Numbered from the stretch's first letter, positions 16,032-26,324 are shown. The stretch: 64,000 nt of DNA from a bacterium (GCA_037200965.1 JBBCGK010000001.1:672001-736000); one strand, 5' to 3'. The notes: generated by a model from the sequence alone, not told the origin. Numbers and translations are program-made.

Positions 16032-17813
16032 ATGCCCGATTCTCGCGGCGCGTCCACGCAGCTTTCTCCCGAACGCCACGCTACTCCCTTCGCGTTTTTC
16101 CTCGCGACGAATCGTCAGGAAGTGAAATGGCTTGGCTTGAGCGCGCTTTCTTATAGTTTTGCGGCGGCGGCCATGCTCGCCGCTACCTATGCGCTTGGCC
16201 AGGCGGTGGATTTGCTCCCCCCCCCCCCCCCCTCGCACGGACCAATCCGCCTACTCCTTATCGGCGCGATCCTCGGTTTTGTTTGCTATGAACTTGGGTT
16301 CCGTGTCGGGCACATAATTGAAGTCCTTGCTTCCTCGCGTATACGTGCCAGAACGAAACAGGCGCTCTTTGACCACGTGACGGGACTTTCGTACGGCTAT
16401 TTCGTGGACCGGTTTTCCGGGCAGATCGCGCATAAGATCTCGGCGACGACCGACGCGCTCGAACGGATGACATTGCGCGTCACGAATGATTTTATAGAGG
16501 AGGGCGCGTTGGTATTGATAAGCGCCGCTACACTTTCTCTCATCAGCCCCTACTTCGGGCTGTTCGTGCTTGTCTGGGGGGTGCTGTTGTGCCTTGGCAC
16601 GCTTCCGTATGCGAAGCGGATGAACGCGCGGGCGAACGAATACGCGGACGTGGAATCAAAAACCACCGGCGTCTTCGTCGACTTCTTCGGCAATATAGCG
16701 GCAGTGAAAGTGTACGGAGGTACGCGAAGCCGCACGTCCGTCCATGATCAGATCGAGGAAGAGAAGCGCTCCTTTCGGGCGCTCGGCTTTTGGGCGGTGC
16801 TGTCATACAACTATATGGGTTTGTCGGTCGTCGTTCTCGGCGCGGGGCTCATCGCCATCACTTCGTACTTGTATGCCCACACGCTTATCACCCTGGGGAG
16901 TATCCTGTTCGTGATGGCGACGGGGCTTCGCCTCTCGAACGTCTCGTGGGAACTCGGGAAAAGCGTCATAGATTTCATCCGCGAGCGCGGGGAATGCCAG
17001 CAGAATCTCGAAGACCTCATCGTTGCGCCCGTCGTGACCGATCGGGCGGTCTCTCCTCAACATGCGCATACGCAGGCACGCGTCGAATATCGGGACGTAA
17101 CGTTTTCATACAATACCGGCCGGCCGGTACTCGCCGATTTCTCGCTCTGCGTGTCCGCGGGAGAGAAAGTCGGTATCGTCGGGCGTTCGGGCGCGGGAAA
17201 AACCACGCTTGCGAATCTGCTCCTCCGGTTCTTTGACGCGAACAAAGGGGCGGTGCTGTTAAACGATGTCGATGTCCGCGACTTGTCGCAGCAGTATCTC
17301 CGCTCCCACCTTTCCTATATTTCACAGGATACGTCCTTGTTTCATGCAAGCGTACGGGACAATATCGCGTACGGGGTGCCTGACGCGCCGCAGGAAGACG
17401 TAGAAAGCGCCGCGCGGCTTGCGTATGCTGACGAATTCATACACGCGCTCCCGCAAGGGTACGACAGCGTCGTCGGCGAGCGCGGCGTAAAGCTCTCGGG
17501 CGGCCAGCGCCAGCGCATCGCTATCGCCCGCGCCATCCTTGCGGACCGTCCCCTCTTCCTTCTTGACGAGGCGACGAGCGCGCTCGACAGCGACAGCGAG
17601 TCGAAAATCCAGGTCGGTCTCGCGGCCCTTATGGAAGGGAAGACCGTCATCGCCATCGCGCACCGTCTCTCGACCCTTTCGCGCATGGACCGCATCATTT
17701 ATCTGGAAGAGGGAAGGATTATCGAAGACGGAGCGCACGAAGAACTGCTGGCGCTGAACGGAAGATACGCCGAACTTTGGCGCATGCAGGCGGGCGGGTT
17801 CCTTCCCTCATAA
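16032..17813 (+). CDS. ABC exporter, fused permease plus ATP-binding domain (MsbA/MdlB-like)
   Basis: Six-TM N-terminal half, then Walker A GRSGAGKTT, signature LSGGQRQRIAIARA and Walker B LLLDEATSALD. Confidence 0.85.
   Translation: MPDSRGASTQLSPERHATPFAFFLATNRQEVKWLGLSALSYSFAAAAMLAATYALGQAVDLLPPPPPSHGPIRLLLIGAILGFVCYELGFRVGHIIEVLASSRIRARTKQALFDHVTGLSYGYFVDRFSGQIAHKISATTDALERMTLRVTNDFIEEGALVLISAATLSLISPYFGLFVLVWGVLLCLGTLPYAKRMNARANEYADVESKTTGVFVDFFGNIAAVKVYGGTRSRTSVHDQIEEEKRSFRALGFWAVLSYNYMGLSVVVLGAGLIAITSYLYAHTLITLGSILFVMATGLRLSNVSWELGKSVIDFIRERGECQQNLEDLIVAPVVTDRAVSPQHAHTQARVEYRDVTFSYNTGRPVLADFSLCVSAGEKVGIVGRSGAGKTTLANLLLRFFDANKGAVLLNDVDVRDLSQQYLRSHLSYISQDTSLFHASVRDNIAYGVPDAPQEDVESAARLAYADEFIHALPQGYDSVVGERGVKLSGGQRQRIAIARAILADRPLFLLDEATSALDSDSESKIQVGLAALMEGKTVIAIAHRLSTLSRMDRIIYLEEGRIIEDGAHEELLALNGRYAELWRMQAGGFLPS
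16217..16232 (+). repeat. homopolymeric C16 tract inside the ABC exporter ORF (encodes PPPPP)
   Basis: Counted directly: c at 16217-16232. Confidence 0.9.
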
Positions 17814-17815
17814 GT

Positions 17816-18985
17816 TTAGAGCGCTTTCACGGGTAGCGTCCGTAGTGCAAAGAAGCTCACGCAGAGCAGCGCGAGCGCCGCAACCGCATTCACGGCAAAC
17901 ACCCCTTCGAGTCCGATGAACCGATAGGTAAGCGCGATGAAAAGGGGAGAGGCGAAGTACGCGATATCCCGCACGGTCTCGAGTATGCCGAAGAATTCGC
18001 CGCGTTCCTGCGGGGCGTGGAGGCGCGAGGTGAGGACATCCATGACGAGCCATATGCCAAGCACGCCGATGGCCGCGACGAATATCGAAATGACTTTCAT
18101 CGGGAGCGCGGTACTTAGATAAAACGCGAGAAACGATGCGACGGAGAGCAGGGACGATAGCGTAAAGACCCTCCTTTCTCCGAAGCGGTCGATGAATTTG
18201 CCAAGGACATCGGAAAAGAGGATGGAAGGAACGGAAAATGCCGCGATAATGAGCGCGGAATCCATGAAGGAGTTTTCATAGAAGCCGACGAGCGGCTGCG
18301 TGAACCAGACCGATTCCCAGAAGAACGCCACGAAGAAGGCGGTCGCGACAAGAAAGAGATTGAGCGGCAGGGATCTGCGGAACAGCCGGAGGGTGTCGCG
18401 GTAGGAGAATGGCCTTGCGTGCTCCTCCGCGCGCGTAGCGGGCTTCCTTGCCGCGCCGTAAATAAGGAAGAGGCAGAGTATCGCGACGCCCGCGACCGCA
18501 AGAAACGGCGCGTCGAGGCTCAGGTAGGCGATGAGGAATGCGACGCCGATCGGCGCAAGTCCCTCCCCGATGGCGACGATGCGGAAGAACCTTCCGAAGG
18601 CGGTGCCATGCCCGTCCTTCTCCGCATCGTCGCCTATGAGCGCGAGGAGCGGCGACCAGTTGAGCCCGTAGCTTGCCCCGAAGAGCACGGCGGCGGCGAA
18701 GAACACGAAGACATTGTTCGAGAAATAGAGCGCCACCGCCGCAAGCGCGGCAAGCACCATGGAATAGGCGATGAGCCGCTCCCGGCCTATGCGGTCCGAG
18801 AGCTTTCCGGAGGGGATGTCGAGGAGTCCCGAACAAAGCGATACCAGGGAGAAGAGGACGGCCGTGAGCCCGACGCTCACTCCCGCTTCCGAGAACTTGA
18901 CCGGGAGCAGGAACTCCATCGCCCCGAATATGACGTTGAAAAGAAAAAGGGGCGCGAGCCGGCGCATCCGTACAGTATAATCCAA
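17816..18985 (-). CDS. MFS transporter
   Basis: ~12 TM segments; MFS-like loop motifs (GKLSDRIGRER). Confidence 0.75.
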   Translation of the reverse strand: MDYTVRMRRLAPLFLFNVIFGAMEFLLPVKFSEAGVSVGLTAVLFSLVSLCSGLLDIPSGKLSDRIGRERLIAYSMVLAALAAVALYFSNNVFVFFAAAVLFGASYGLNWSPLLALIGDDAEKDGHGTAFGRFFRIVAIGEGLAPIGVAFLIAYLSLDAPFLAVAGVAILCLFLIYGAARKPATRAEEHARPFSYRDTLRLFRRSLPLNLFLVATAFFVAFFWESVWFTQPLVGFYENSFMDSALIIAAFSVPSILFSDVLGKFIDRFGERRVFTLSSLLSVASFLAFYLSTALPMKVISIFVAAIGVLGIWLVMDVLTSRLHAPQERGEFFGILETVRDIAYFASPLFIALTYRFIGLEGVFAVNAVAALALLCVSFFALRTLPVKAL

Positions 18986-19003
18986 TCATTCCCCGGCTCC
19001 TGC

Positions 19004-19846
19004 ATGTACCTCTTCCCTTTTTTGACGGCGGGCGCTCACGGCCTTGCGATAGCGTTCGACCGGCTCAATCTTACCCGTACCAAGTTCAAACCGCGCGCGC
19101 TTCTCCTGCTCACGTTCCTCGTGATGACCGTAACGGCCGCCGCGTATGTCCTCATCGCGCGTCCGCCGTTTCCCGCGCTCGGGCCCGTCGTCCTCGGGAT
19201 CGTTACCGCCATGGTCCTCCTTTCGTTCGCGCAGAACATATTCGAACTGAAAGGAATCCAGGCGATGCAGCTCCACACCCGCGAACCCGTCACCACCCTG
19301 CAGCCTCTCCTTACGGGCCTTCTCGCGTATCTTCTCTTTCCATCCGAAGGCAATATCCTTTATCTGGCCGCCATCGTCGTCGGCGTGCCGATCGTCCTCT
19401 GGTCAAACGCGAAACGGTATTCGTGGCGCAAGCTCCTCACCCCGGGGAGCGGATACGTGTTCGCCGACATATCCCTTTCGGCGGCTGTCGACAACCTCGC
19501 CAAGCTCGCGCTCCAATTCCTTTCTCCCGCGTATCTCGGGCTGTTCCGGATCGGCGGGGTATTCTTCCTTTGCTGCGCCTTCTTTCGCGGCTCGTGGAAG
19601 GAAGTTCCGCCCGGAGGCCTCTGGCTCGGACTTGTGCCGGGCATGTTTTTCGGCGTTTCCGCGCTCGCGCGGCTCTTCGCGTTCGAATACGTCGGTCTTA
19701 ATTTCACGCTGCTCATCCTGCTTCTTGAGCCCGGGCTCGTCTATCTGCTGAGCCGCGTGCTGCTCAAGGAAAAGCTCGAGTGGCGGCCGATCATCGGCAG
19801 CGGGCTCATTCTGTGCCTCATCATCGCGGTCCGGTGCCTGTCATAA
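19004..19846 (+). CDS. polytopic membrane protein (~280 aa, possibly DMT/EamA-like)
   Basis: ATG at 19004 starts a hydrophobic ~10-TM protein. The long upstream ORF extension overlaps the MFS gene on the opposite strand and is rejected. Confidence 0.5.
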   Translation: MYLFPFLTAGAHGLAIAFDRLNLTRTKFKPRALLLLTFLVMTVTAAAYVLIARPPFPALGPVVLGIVTAMVLLSFAQNIFELKGIQAMQLHTREPVTTLQPLLTGLLAYLLFPSEGNILYLAAIVVGVPIVLWSNAKRYSWRKLLTPGSGYVFADISLSAAVDNLAKLALQFLSPAYLGLFRIGGVFFLCCAFFRGSWKEVPPGGLWLGLVPGMFFGVSALARLFAFEYVGLNFTLLILLLEPGLVYLLSRVLLKEKLEWRPIIGSGLILCLIIAVRCLS

Positions 19847-19916
19847 CTACCCTGCGTTTTCATCGGCAACCTGCTATCTTCCTAAGAGGGTACACAGTTC
19901 TGTCACGGAGGGAAGC

Positions 19917-20318
19917 ATGGAAGAAAAGACTCTCGCGAAAAGATATCCGAATGGTCCATACAAGGGGATACTCTATGAGCAGAGAACCCTCACGGGCCCC
20001 CGCACGTACATTACCCGCGTCTTTCTCCTCACCGAAGGAGAATATCTGGGGGAGGGCATATACCGATTCGTCCTGCCGCTCACTTATGAGCCTTCGGCTG
20101 TCGTCGAAGGAGCGCTGACTCCCAAGGAAGCCGAGTGGCGCGTAGCGCGTCCGCTGCGGGCACTTCTCTTCGGCTATTCGATAGGGTGCTATATGCGTAA
20201 CGTCGAGTATAGGCCTCATGAGGCGATACTCGACGTGTGGATCAAGACCTATAATGCTGAGGTGATAGCTATCACTGTCGAAGGAAGGATAGTCGATAAG
20301 AGCAAGCTCACCCTATAG
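19917..20318 (+). CDS. hypothetical protein (133 aa)
   Basis: GGAGGGAAGC-ATG ribosome-binding site; no recognisable domain. Confidence 0.45.
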   Translation: MEEKTLAKRYPNGPYKGILYEQRTLTGPRTYITRVFLLTEGEYLGEGIYRFVLPLTYEPSAVVEGALTPKEAEWRVARPLRALLFGYSIGCYMRNVEYRPHEAILDVWIKTYNAEVIAITVEGRIVDKSKLTL

Positions 20319-20376
20319 TGATCGAAGAGCCCCCAATACTGCGTCGAGCCGGGATCGCTAGACGATCCCGGCTTTT

Positions 20377-21156
20377 TTGCAAAATCTGTTGGGACTAGCG
20401 GGCTGTATTCCGTCTGATAGAAGGCAGTATACTTTACGTACCATGCCGGACATCCGCGACCTCTACGCCAGGGCCGGGCACTGGCACGGGACGGGGCGGT
20501 ATAAATACGGCGATACCGACGGAGTCGTCGATATTCTGGAAGGGATCATACAAAACAAAGGACTTACCCCGCACCACGATGACTGGGACAGGAAGCGGGG
20601 AGGCATACGATCGATCTCGCTTGGTCGCGCGCGCATGTACGCGCGGCTGTATGCGGGTATGTATATGCCGCAGGGACAGCGGATCGGGAACGAATACGGA
20701 TCGAGGCTTGTATGGGGCCATTGGTTTTTCGACACCGCGTTTCTCGTCGCGCTCGCGGAATACCCGTTCGGGAAGCATATCCTCGATTACCAGCGGAAGC
20801 TAGTGAACTGGACGGGGAAGGTTTCGAAGAAAAAGCACTCCCTAAAAAGCGTTTTTCTCGAAGGCACGGACATCGCGTACAACTACCCGATACTCATCGG
20901 CATACGGCAGGGAGCGATATCGCCGTCGCCCGGTTCGCGGTTCTTCAACCTCCATGAGGACCGGAGCGAATTTCCCATTTCCATCGAAGACTTTACGCAT
21001 GTGGAGGTTCCGGAGACGCGGGTACGTGAAGTTGCCGAAACGTTCCGGGACGCCGGGTTCGAAATCCCCGTGATTCCGATCGAGGACGGGGAGACATACT
21101 GTCGGAGTTTTTCTTTTGCGAAGCTCGTTGGCGGAAAACCGCTTATACGGCCATAG
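20377..21156 (+). CDS. hypothetical protein (~259 aa; the start may instead be Met at 20443)
   Basis: Coherent ORF with no recognisable domain. Confidence 0.45.
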   Translation: MQNLLGLAGCIPSDRRQYTLRTMPDIRDLYARAGHWHGTGRYKYGDTDGVVDILEGIIQNKGLTPHHDDWDRKRGGIRSISLGRARMYARLYAGMYMPQGQRIGNEYGSRLVWGHWFFDTAFLVALAEYPFGKHILDYQRKLVNWTGKVSKKKHSLKSVFLEGTDIAYNYPILIGIRQGAISPSPGSRFFNLHEDRSEFPISIEDFTHVEVPETRVREVAETFRDAGFEIPVIPIEDGETYCRSFSFAKLVGGKPLIRP

Positions 21157-21161
21157 CTCCT

Positions 21162-21734
21162 ATGAACCCCCTCGTCATTTGGCTTCTCGCATACGCGCTT
21201 CCGGCCTTCTTGGCCGGCTGCTATATCAAATTATGTTCGCATCAAGAAGGCGGCTCTCCGAAGAATCTGACTTTCATTCATGTCGTGCTGCTGGTATCCG
21301 CGCTTGCAAGTCAATGCGCGATATACGCTCAGGGAATATCGTTCCCGACGCCGGGGATATGGTTCCTGGTGGTTTTTGCAGCGAGCGTGGCGATCGCGGG
21401 CTTTTTCATCGGCAGGCTTGGCCTTCTCTATGGTGTTTCCGCGCTCCTGCAGCAGGCATGCATGCTCTCCATCGCTTTTCTCCTTTTGCCCGCGTTTCCG
21501 GTCTGGATTGTTGTACTTCTTATCGTGCCGCTTTTCGTGTTCTGCCACCAACTGACCGGCGTGCCGTATTGGCGCACTCGAATCATACTTATCACGCTCT
21601 GGGGCAGCGTTTCCGTCCTCATCTTCGCTTTTATCCCGGATATCCTTCTTGTTTCTTCGCTCCACACGCTCTTCGGGACGATTCTCATCGCGAACGGTAT
21701 ATTGCATATACAATATGAGCGATCCCGATTTTGA
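21162..21734 (+). CDS. integral membrane protein (190 aa, ~5 TM)
   Basis: Hydrophobic throughout; GC typical of the host. Confidence 0.5.
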   Translation: MNPLVIWLLAYALPAFLAGCYIKLCSHQEGGSPKNLTFIHVVLLVSALASQCAIYAQGISFPTPGIWFLVVFAASVAIAGFFIGRLGLLYGVSALLQQACMLSIAFLLLPAFPVWIVVLLIVPLFVFCHQLTGVPYWRTRIILITLWGSVSVLIFAFIPDILLVSSLHTLFGTILIANGILHIQYERSRF

Positions 21735-22242
21735 GCGCCTTTTAGAGAAAGACAAATACCAGGTCTTCTTGTTCGCGTGTCCCGCGGGGATGCCGGCCAG
21801 CTTCGCGACGCATCCGTGGTTCGTCGTGAACCGGACAGGAACCATCTCCCGCTACGGCATCAGCTGGCGAACGGCCGCCCAGGGCGACCGCCCGCCGTTC
21901 GCGCGCCACACCTGCGGAAAATGCGTCGGACACTTGCATAAGGACGCGCTTCCGTCGGCGGTAGGGATAGAGATGTTCTTTTTCATACGGGGATGGATGT
22001 GGGAGAGCCGGCTCCTCGGAAGCGTCACCGGCGGGGAAGGGTCGCTCGCGGCGCGCATGGCCGACGTTATCGAGCGATCTTTGGAAACATATCCATATAT
22101 CGAACGCTATTCCCTGATCGGTCCGAACAGCAACACGTATCCGCAATGGGTAGTGAATCAGTTTCCCGAATCCGGCCTCCGGTTGCCCTGGAACGCGTTC
22201 GGGAAAAGATATGTGATGAGCAGAACATCCGTCAATTCTTGA
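21715..22242 (+). CDS. hypothetical protein (~175 aa)
   Basis: Starts MSDPDFERLLEKDKYQ..., overlapping the previous gene's end by ~20 nt, which is consistent with an operon. Confidence 0.4.
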   Translation: MSDPDFERLLEKDKYQVFLFACPAGMPASFATHPWFVVNRTGTISRYGISWRTAAQGDRPPFARHTCGKCVGHLHKDALPSAVGIEMFFFIRGWMWESRLLGSVTGGEGSLAARMADVIERSLETYPYIERYSLIGPNSNTYPQWVVNQFPESGLRLPWNAFGKRYVMSRTSVNS

Positions 22243-22918
22243 CTACCAGACATTGCGAGAAAGGAAGTTCGATAAATGTATCGGGCCTGGTCTCAAGAAA
22301 TTCGTCGAATGCTTTGCGTACACCCTGGCACTGTGAATAGTCATGGGAAAGGATGATTCCGCCCGGAAGCATCCTAGGATAGAAGAAACTAAGGCAGGCT
22401 TTCGTGCTTTCATATGTGTCGACATCAAGGTGCACGAATGAAAACCTATTTTCCGCGACAGGCGCTGCAGTATCGGGGAAGAACCCCGGATAGATGAAGA
22501 CTTGTGGATATGCAGCGAGACGAGCACGCACCGCAGCTTCGCTTGCCGCAAACATCCCTTTCTTAAAACGGGTGTCTAGGGCGCCGACGCTCGGAAGTCC
22601 TGCGAACGTGTCAAACAGGTGTAATGGGGTGCCCTCTTTTGCTTCGCAGATAGCTTTCGACGAGGCTCCCTGGAACACATCAACTTCCGCATATTCGCCT
22701 CCGTGCTTTCGCTGTGTTCGCGCGAGTGAATAGATCATGAAAAGTTCTTCGGGGTCAAGTAAGACTGGGCCCCGTTCCTCGCGATAAATTTCCCGAACGA
22801 GCCGCACGAGGCCCGCGTCGGCCGCCTTGTAGTAGGAGAACACTTTAAGATCGAACCAGTTCACGAGGCGCTTGGTGACCTTGCCAAAGTATATGTTTGC
22901 TATCTTGTCGGTGTTCAT
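22232..22918 (-). CDS. class I SAM-dependent O-methyltransferase, TylF/MycF (macrocin-O-MTase) family
   Basis: VDVFQGASS, LFDTFAGLP, HLDVDTYEST and GGIILSHDY blocks match the TylF family. Confidence 0.7.
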   Translation of the reverse strand: MNTDKIANIYFGKVTKRLVNWFDLKVFSYYKAADAGLVRLVREIYREERGPVLLDPEELFMIYSLARTQRKHGGEYAEVDVFQGASSKAICEAKEGTPLHLFDTFAGLPSVGALDTRFKKGMFAASEAAVRARLAAYPQVFIYPGFFPDTAAPVAENRFSFVHLDVDTYESTKACLSFFYPRMLPGGIILSHDYSQCQGVRKAFDEFLETRPDTFIELPFSQCLVVKN

Positions 22919-22957
22919 ATACGTTCAGTATAGCAATGGTCTGTTACACTGTAACCG

Positions 22958-24223
22958 ATGTTGCGCGCGGGCTCCCGGCTCTTTAGCAGGCTCTTCTGGA
23001 CGTTCTCCCCGTTCTGGCTTTTCCTCGTCCTCTTCAAGTTCGCCGGCGGACTCCACTATTCCCTCCTTTCGCCCCTTGGCGAGCGGCTCCTGCCGCTCTG
23101 GATCGTCGGATTCATCATGGGAGGAGCCTCGCTCATCCAGCTTCTTCTTGACGTGCCCGCCGGTCAGCTGCTTGACCGTTTCGGATACCGCAGACTGCTC
23201 AAAGTGACGGCGGCGACATTCCTTGTCGCCGCGCTGTGCCTTGCCTTCGAGCTCACGCTCGCGACGTACCTCATCAGCATATTCCTTTCCATCTTCGGGT
23301 GGCTGTTCTTCAGTCCCGGCATAAACGCGTATATCCTTTCTTCCGCCCCCAGGGAATTCGCGGGGAAATTCATGTCGCTCCGGGATGTGTTCGGGTCGGT
23401 CGGCATCGTGATATCGAGCGCCGCGCTCCCGTTCACCCTGCTCCTCGCCCCGTCGTATATCGGGACGGTGCTTGCGGCGGGATTCGCACTTGCGTTCCTG
23501 GCGCTTATCTTCGCGCCCAAGGACCATGCGTCGGTGCACGCGGAGCAGAAAATAGACACGCATCACTACTACATCCGCCGCCAGTTCCTCGCCTCCCTCC
23601 GGACCATACGGAAGCTCAATCCGGCAAGCTCGATGCTTCTCCTCCTCAGCCTCTCAAGCGGCATCTTCTACGGCATCATCTGGTTCGTCGTGCCGCTCAT
23701 TCTCGCGCACGAACTCCACGGTGCGATCCTCGGCGGCATCGGGCTCGGCATCTTCGATTTCTCGGTCGTCGTGCTCGGTTTCGTGCTCGGCACGCTCGCC
23801 GACCGCGCGGACCGGCGCACGCTCGTATTCTTCGGTCTCCTCGTCTTCGCGCTGTTTGGCATGCTCCTTGGACTTGGGTTCGGCATCCTGTTCATACTTT
23901 TCGGTTTCCTCGCGACCGCGGGCGAGGAGATGGCCGGAATATCGCTCTGGTCCTGGCTCCATGCGCTTGACCGGGAACACGCCAAGGACGGTGCGGTAGC
24001 GGGGGTCATAACCCTCTTTGACGATGTCGGGTGGATGATCGGGCCGGCGTGTGCCGGCGTACTCTACGGGCTCGTTGGCCCCTCGTGGGCGGTCATTATC
24101 GGCGCGCTGCCGATACTCGTTACCTGGGCCGTCTACTGGATCGGCTTCCAGAAGCATGTCCTGCCGAATATCAGCTTCCCGTTCGTCCCGGCGAAGCCGC
24201 ACCACAGGCGGCATAAGGCATAG
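22958..24223 (+). CDS. MFS transporter
   Basis: 421 aa, 12 TM; loop motifs GQLLDRFGYRR and LADRADRR. Confidence 0.8.
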   Translation: MLRAGSRLFSRLFWTFSPFWLFLVLFKFAGGLHYSLLSPLGERLLPLWIVGFIMGGASLIQLLLDVPAGQLLDRFGYRRLLKVTAATFLVAALCLAFELTLATYLISIFLSIFGWLFFSPGINAYILSSAPREFAGKFMSLRDVFGSVGIVISSAALPFTLLLAPSYIGTVLAAGFALAFLALIFAPKDHASVHAEQKIDTHHYYIRRQFLASLRTIRKLNPASSMLLLLSLSSGIFYGIIWFVVPLILAHELHGAILGGIGLGIFDFSVVVLGFVLGTLADRADRRTLVFFGLLVFALFGMLLGLGFGILFILFGFLATAGEEMAGISLWSWLHALDREHAKDGAVAGVITLFDDVGWMIGPACAGVLYGLVGPSWAVIIGALPILVTWAVYWIGFQKHVLPNISFPFVPAKPHHRRHKA

Positions 24224-24237
24224 CCGGCGCGGCCTTG

Positions 24238-25062
24238 TTAGGTTCCGGCAACGGCGCGTATCGAGCGGGAGAGATTCTCGAGAAACCTTCCGCGAGTCGT
24301 ATCTGACAGCCTGGTTACGGAAAGAAAGACACCGCCCTGATCGGTGACTTCCGTAAGGAGGAGGTCGCCCGTCTCCGTGCGGCACGCGTCGACGCGTATG
24401 ATGCCCCGCTTTTGCCTGTCCCAGTCGATAAAGACTTTAGCGAACGCGATATCGCGTTCGCTTGGATCGAATTCTTCCAGTTCCCATCGCTTCCGCGTAT
24501 CGGGCGCATACAATACGTACTGCAGCTTCCCGTCGAGATAATAGAAGGATATCTCGTACGTGAAGTCTATGAAGGGCTGGATGAGATAGTGCCTGGGAGC
24601 GAGCGCGAGCAGTTCGTCCCGCGAAAGCCTCCGCGCGTTTATGCCGCTGAAGCCGTTCTTCGGTTTTATGAAATAATCGCCGCCGTTTGGCAGCTGGCCG
24701 ATATCCCCGACGCGGTCGACGGTCGGAATCACCGGAAACCCGTTCCTGGAAAGCCAAAGCAGGTATCCCTTCCACCCGTCGGAGTCGTCCTGCTCATATT
24801 CGCGGACGTACAGGTCGTCATGTATCGGAAGCCATGGCTTCGCGCGCCACCGCCCGTACCACGGCTCCGGCTTCCCATAGTCTTTCGTGTTCCATGTATT
24901 GCGGATGATGATCGCGTCCGCCGCGTCCTCAAACGGTTCGCAGTCGCGCGGGTGCATGAGCGCTACGTCAAAGTCCCGCCGCAGGAAATCTCTTATGAGC
25001 ATGTCTTCTTCTTCCGCGCCGTTCGTAAGGTCGGTGAGGAAGAGGAGCAGGGGCTTAGCCAT
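24238..25062 (-). CDS. hypothetical protein, ATP-grasp-like
   Basis: GGDYFIKPKNGFSGINARR... resembles an ATP-grasp nucleotide-binding segment; this is a tentative call. Confidence 0.45.
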   Translation of the reverse strand: MAKPLLLFLTDLTNGAEEEDMLIRDFLRRDFDVALMHPRDCEPFEDAADAIIIRNTWNTKDYGKPEPWYGRWRAKPWLPIHDDLYVREYEQDDSDGWKGYLLWLSRNGFPVIPTVDRVGDIGQLPNGGDYFIKPKNGFSGINARRLSRDELLALAPRHYLIQPFIDFTYEISFYYLDGKLQYVLYAPDTRKRWELEEFDPSERDIAFAKVFIDWDRQKRGIIRVDACRTETGDLLLTEVTDQGGVFLSVTRLSDTTRGRFLENLSRSIRAVAGT

Positions 25063-25070
25063 GCGGTGAA

Positions 25071-26324
25071 CTATACCGCGCGCTCCGGCGGCGGGGGAGG
25101 GGCAAGCCGGAGATGGCGCAGGCTCGAACGGGCGCCCCGCCGCGTATGGAAGAAGAACACGATCGCGAGGAAGCAGGCGATGGTCGCGAGAAGAGAGGCA
25201 AGAAGCGGGAAGCCCATGAAATCAAGCGCAACGCCAAGCATCACGGGCGCGGCCAGGTCGCTTATGCCGCCGATAACGGAGAATACCGATTCGAGCCGCC
25301 CATAGTGGTCGGGAGGCGTGAGCGCGGTCGCGAGGCTCTTTTGGAGAATGGAAAGGAATTCGACCAGCGTGCCGATAAGGAGGCCGCCCGCGACCGTAAC
25401 CGCGTACGGCAGGGGAAGAGCGAGCGCGGCGAGAACGAGCGCCATGAGGCCGCACAATATTGCCGCAAGCCGCGCCTTCTCGCCGCGGTCGGCAATCTTG
25501 CCGAGAAGGTAGCCGAAGAGGGACGGGATGCCCATCACGACCGTAAAGAGAATCACGAGCGAGAGGTTTCCGGTCGTGAAATAGATATCGATCGGAATGA
25601 AGAACTCGACGAGCACCACGACCACCTCGGTAAACAGAAGGAGCATGGCAAGGAGCCGGAGATCGCTGTTCCAGGTCTTCCATTCATCGATGGCCGAGCG
25701 GTATGCGTGCCGGAGCGGAAGCTTCTTCGCCGCGTTTGCGAGCGCCGGATGGTCCTTCCTGATCCGCAGCACGAACGGAAGCGCGAGGAGCGCGGTCGGG
25801 GCGACGAGGAACAAAAGCGCCTGGATCGAGAAGTATTTTATGAGGAGGATCCCGGCGAGCGCCGCGGCGAGCCACCCGAAATTCGAAAGAGTGTCGAGGA
25901 GCCCGAACGAGGAGGCGATAGTGCTCCCCGGAGCCATGCGGCGGATATAGGTATCGATGCCGGTCGAATCGAGGCCCCAGGCGATGCCGTTGAGCCCCCG
26001 CGCGACGACGACGAACGCCACGAGCCCGGTCATGCCCGCGATGAAATAAAAAAGACCGACGAAAGGATAAATGCACAGTCCGATGATCACGAGCCATTTC
26101 GCGCTCATGCGCTCCGCGAGGAGCCCGAGCACCGGTATCGCGAGGAGAAGCGTCACTTCGTAGCTTGAGCGCACGAGCCCGGCTTCGCCGAAGCTTCCCG
26201 TGAGCTGCATGATGAGGATGGGAATGAGCGATTCGCCGAATCCCCAGCCGACATAGCGTATCGTCCGCGCGTACGCGAGCGAACGCACCCCGGCGAGGGA
26301 ATAAGAAAGACGGCGGCGGAACAT
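25071..26324 (-). CDS. MFS transporter
   Basis: 12-TM hydrophobic profile; start set at MFRRRLSYS. Confidence 0.7.
   Translation of the reverse strand: MFRRRLSYSLAGVRSLAYARTIRYVGWGFGESLIPILIMQLTGSFGEAGLVRSSYEVTLLLAIPVLGLLAERMSAKWLVIIGLCIYPFVGLFYFIAGMTGLVAFVVVARGLNGIAWGLDSTGIDTYIRRMAPGSTIASSFGLLDTLSNFGWLAAALAGILLIKYFSIQALLFLVAPTALLALPFVLRIRKDHPALANAAKKLPLRHAYRSAIDEWKTWNSDLRLLAMLLLFTEVVVVLVEFFIPIDIYFTTGNLSLVILFTVVMGIPSLFGYLLGKIADRGEKARLAAILCGLMALVLAALALPLPYAVTVAGGLLIGTLVEFLSILQKSLATALTPPDHYGRLESVFSVIGGISDLAAPVMLGVALDFMGFPLLASLLATIACFLAIVFFFHTRRGARSSLRHLRLAPPPPPERAV

Noticed and set aside
18419-19003. N-terminal 195 codons of the 475-aa plus-strand ORF
   Set aside because: This part overlaps the MFS gene on the opposite strand and is Arg/Glu-rich low complexity. 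The real membrane protein starts at the ATG at 19004.
25113-26168. 351-aa plus-strand ORF
   Set aside because: Antisense to the MFS transporter at 25071-26324; charged low-complexity translation.
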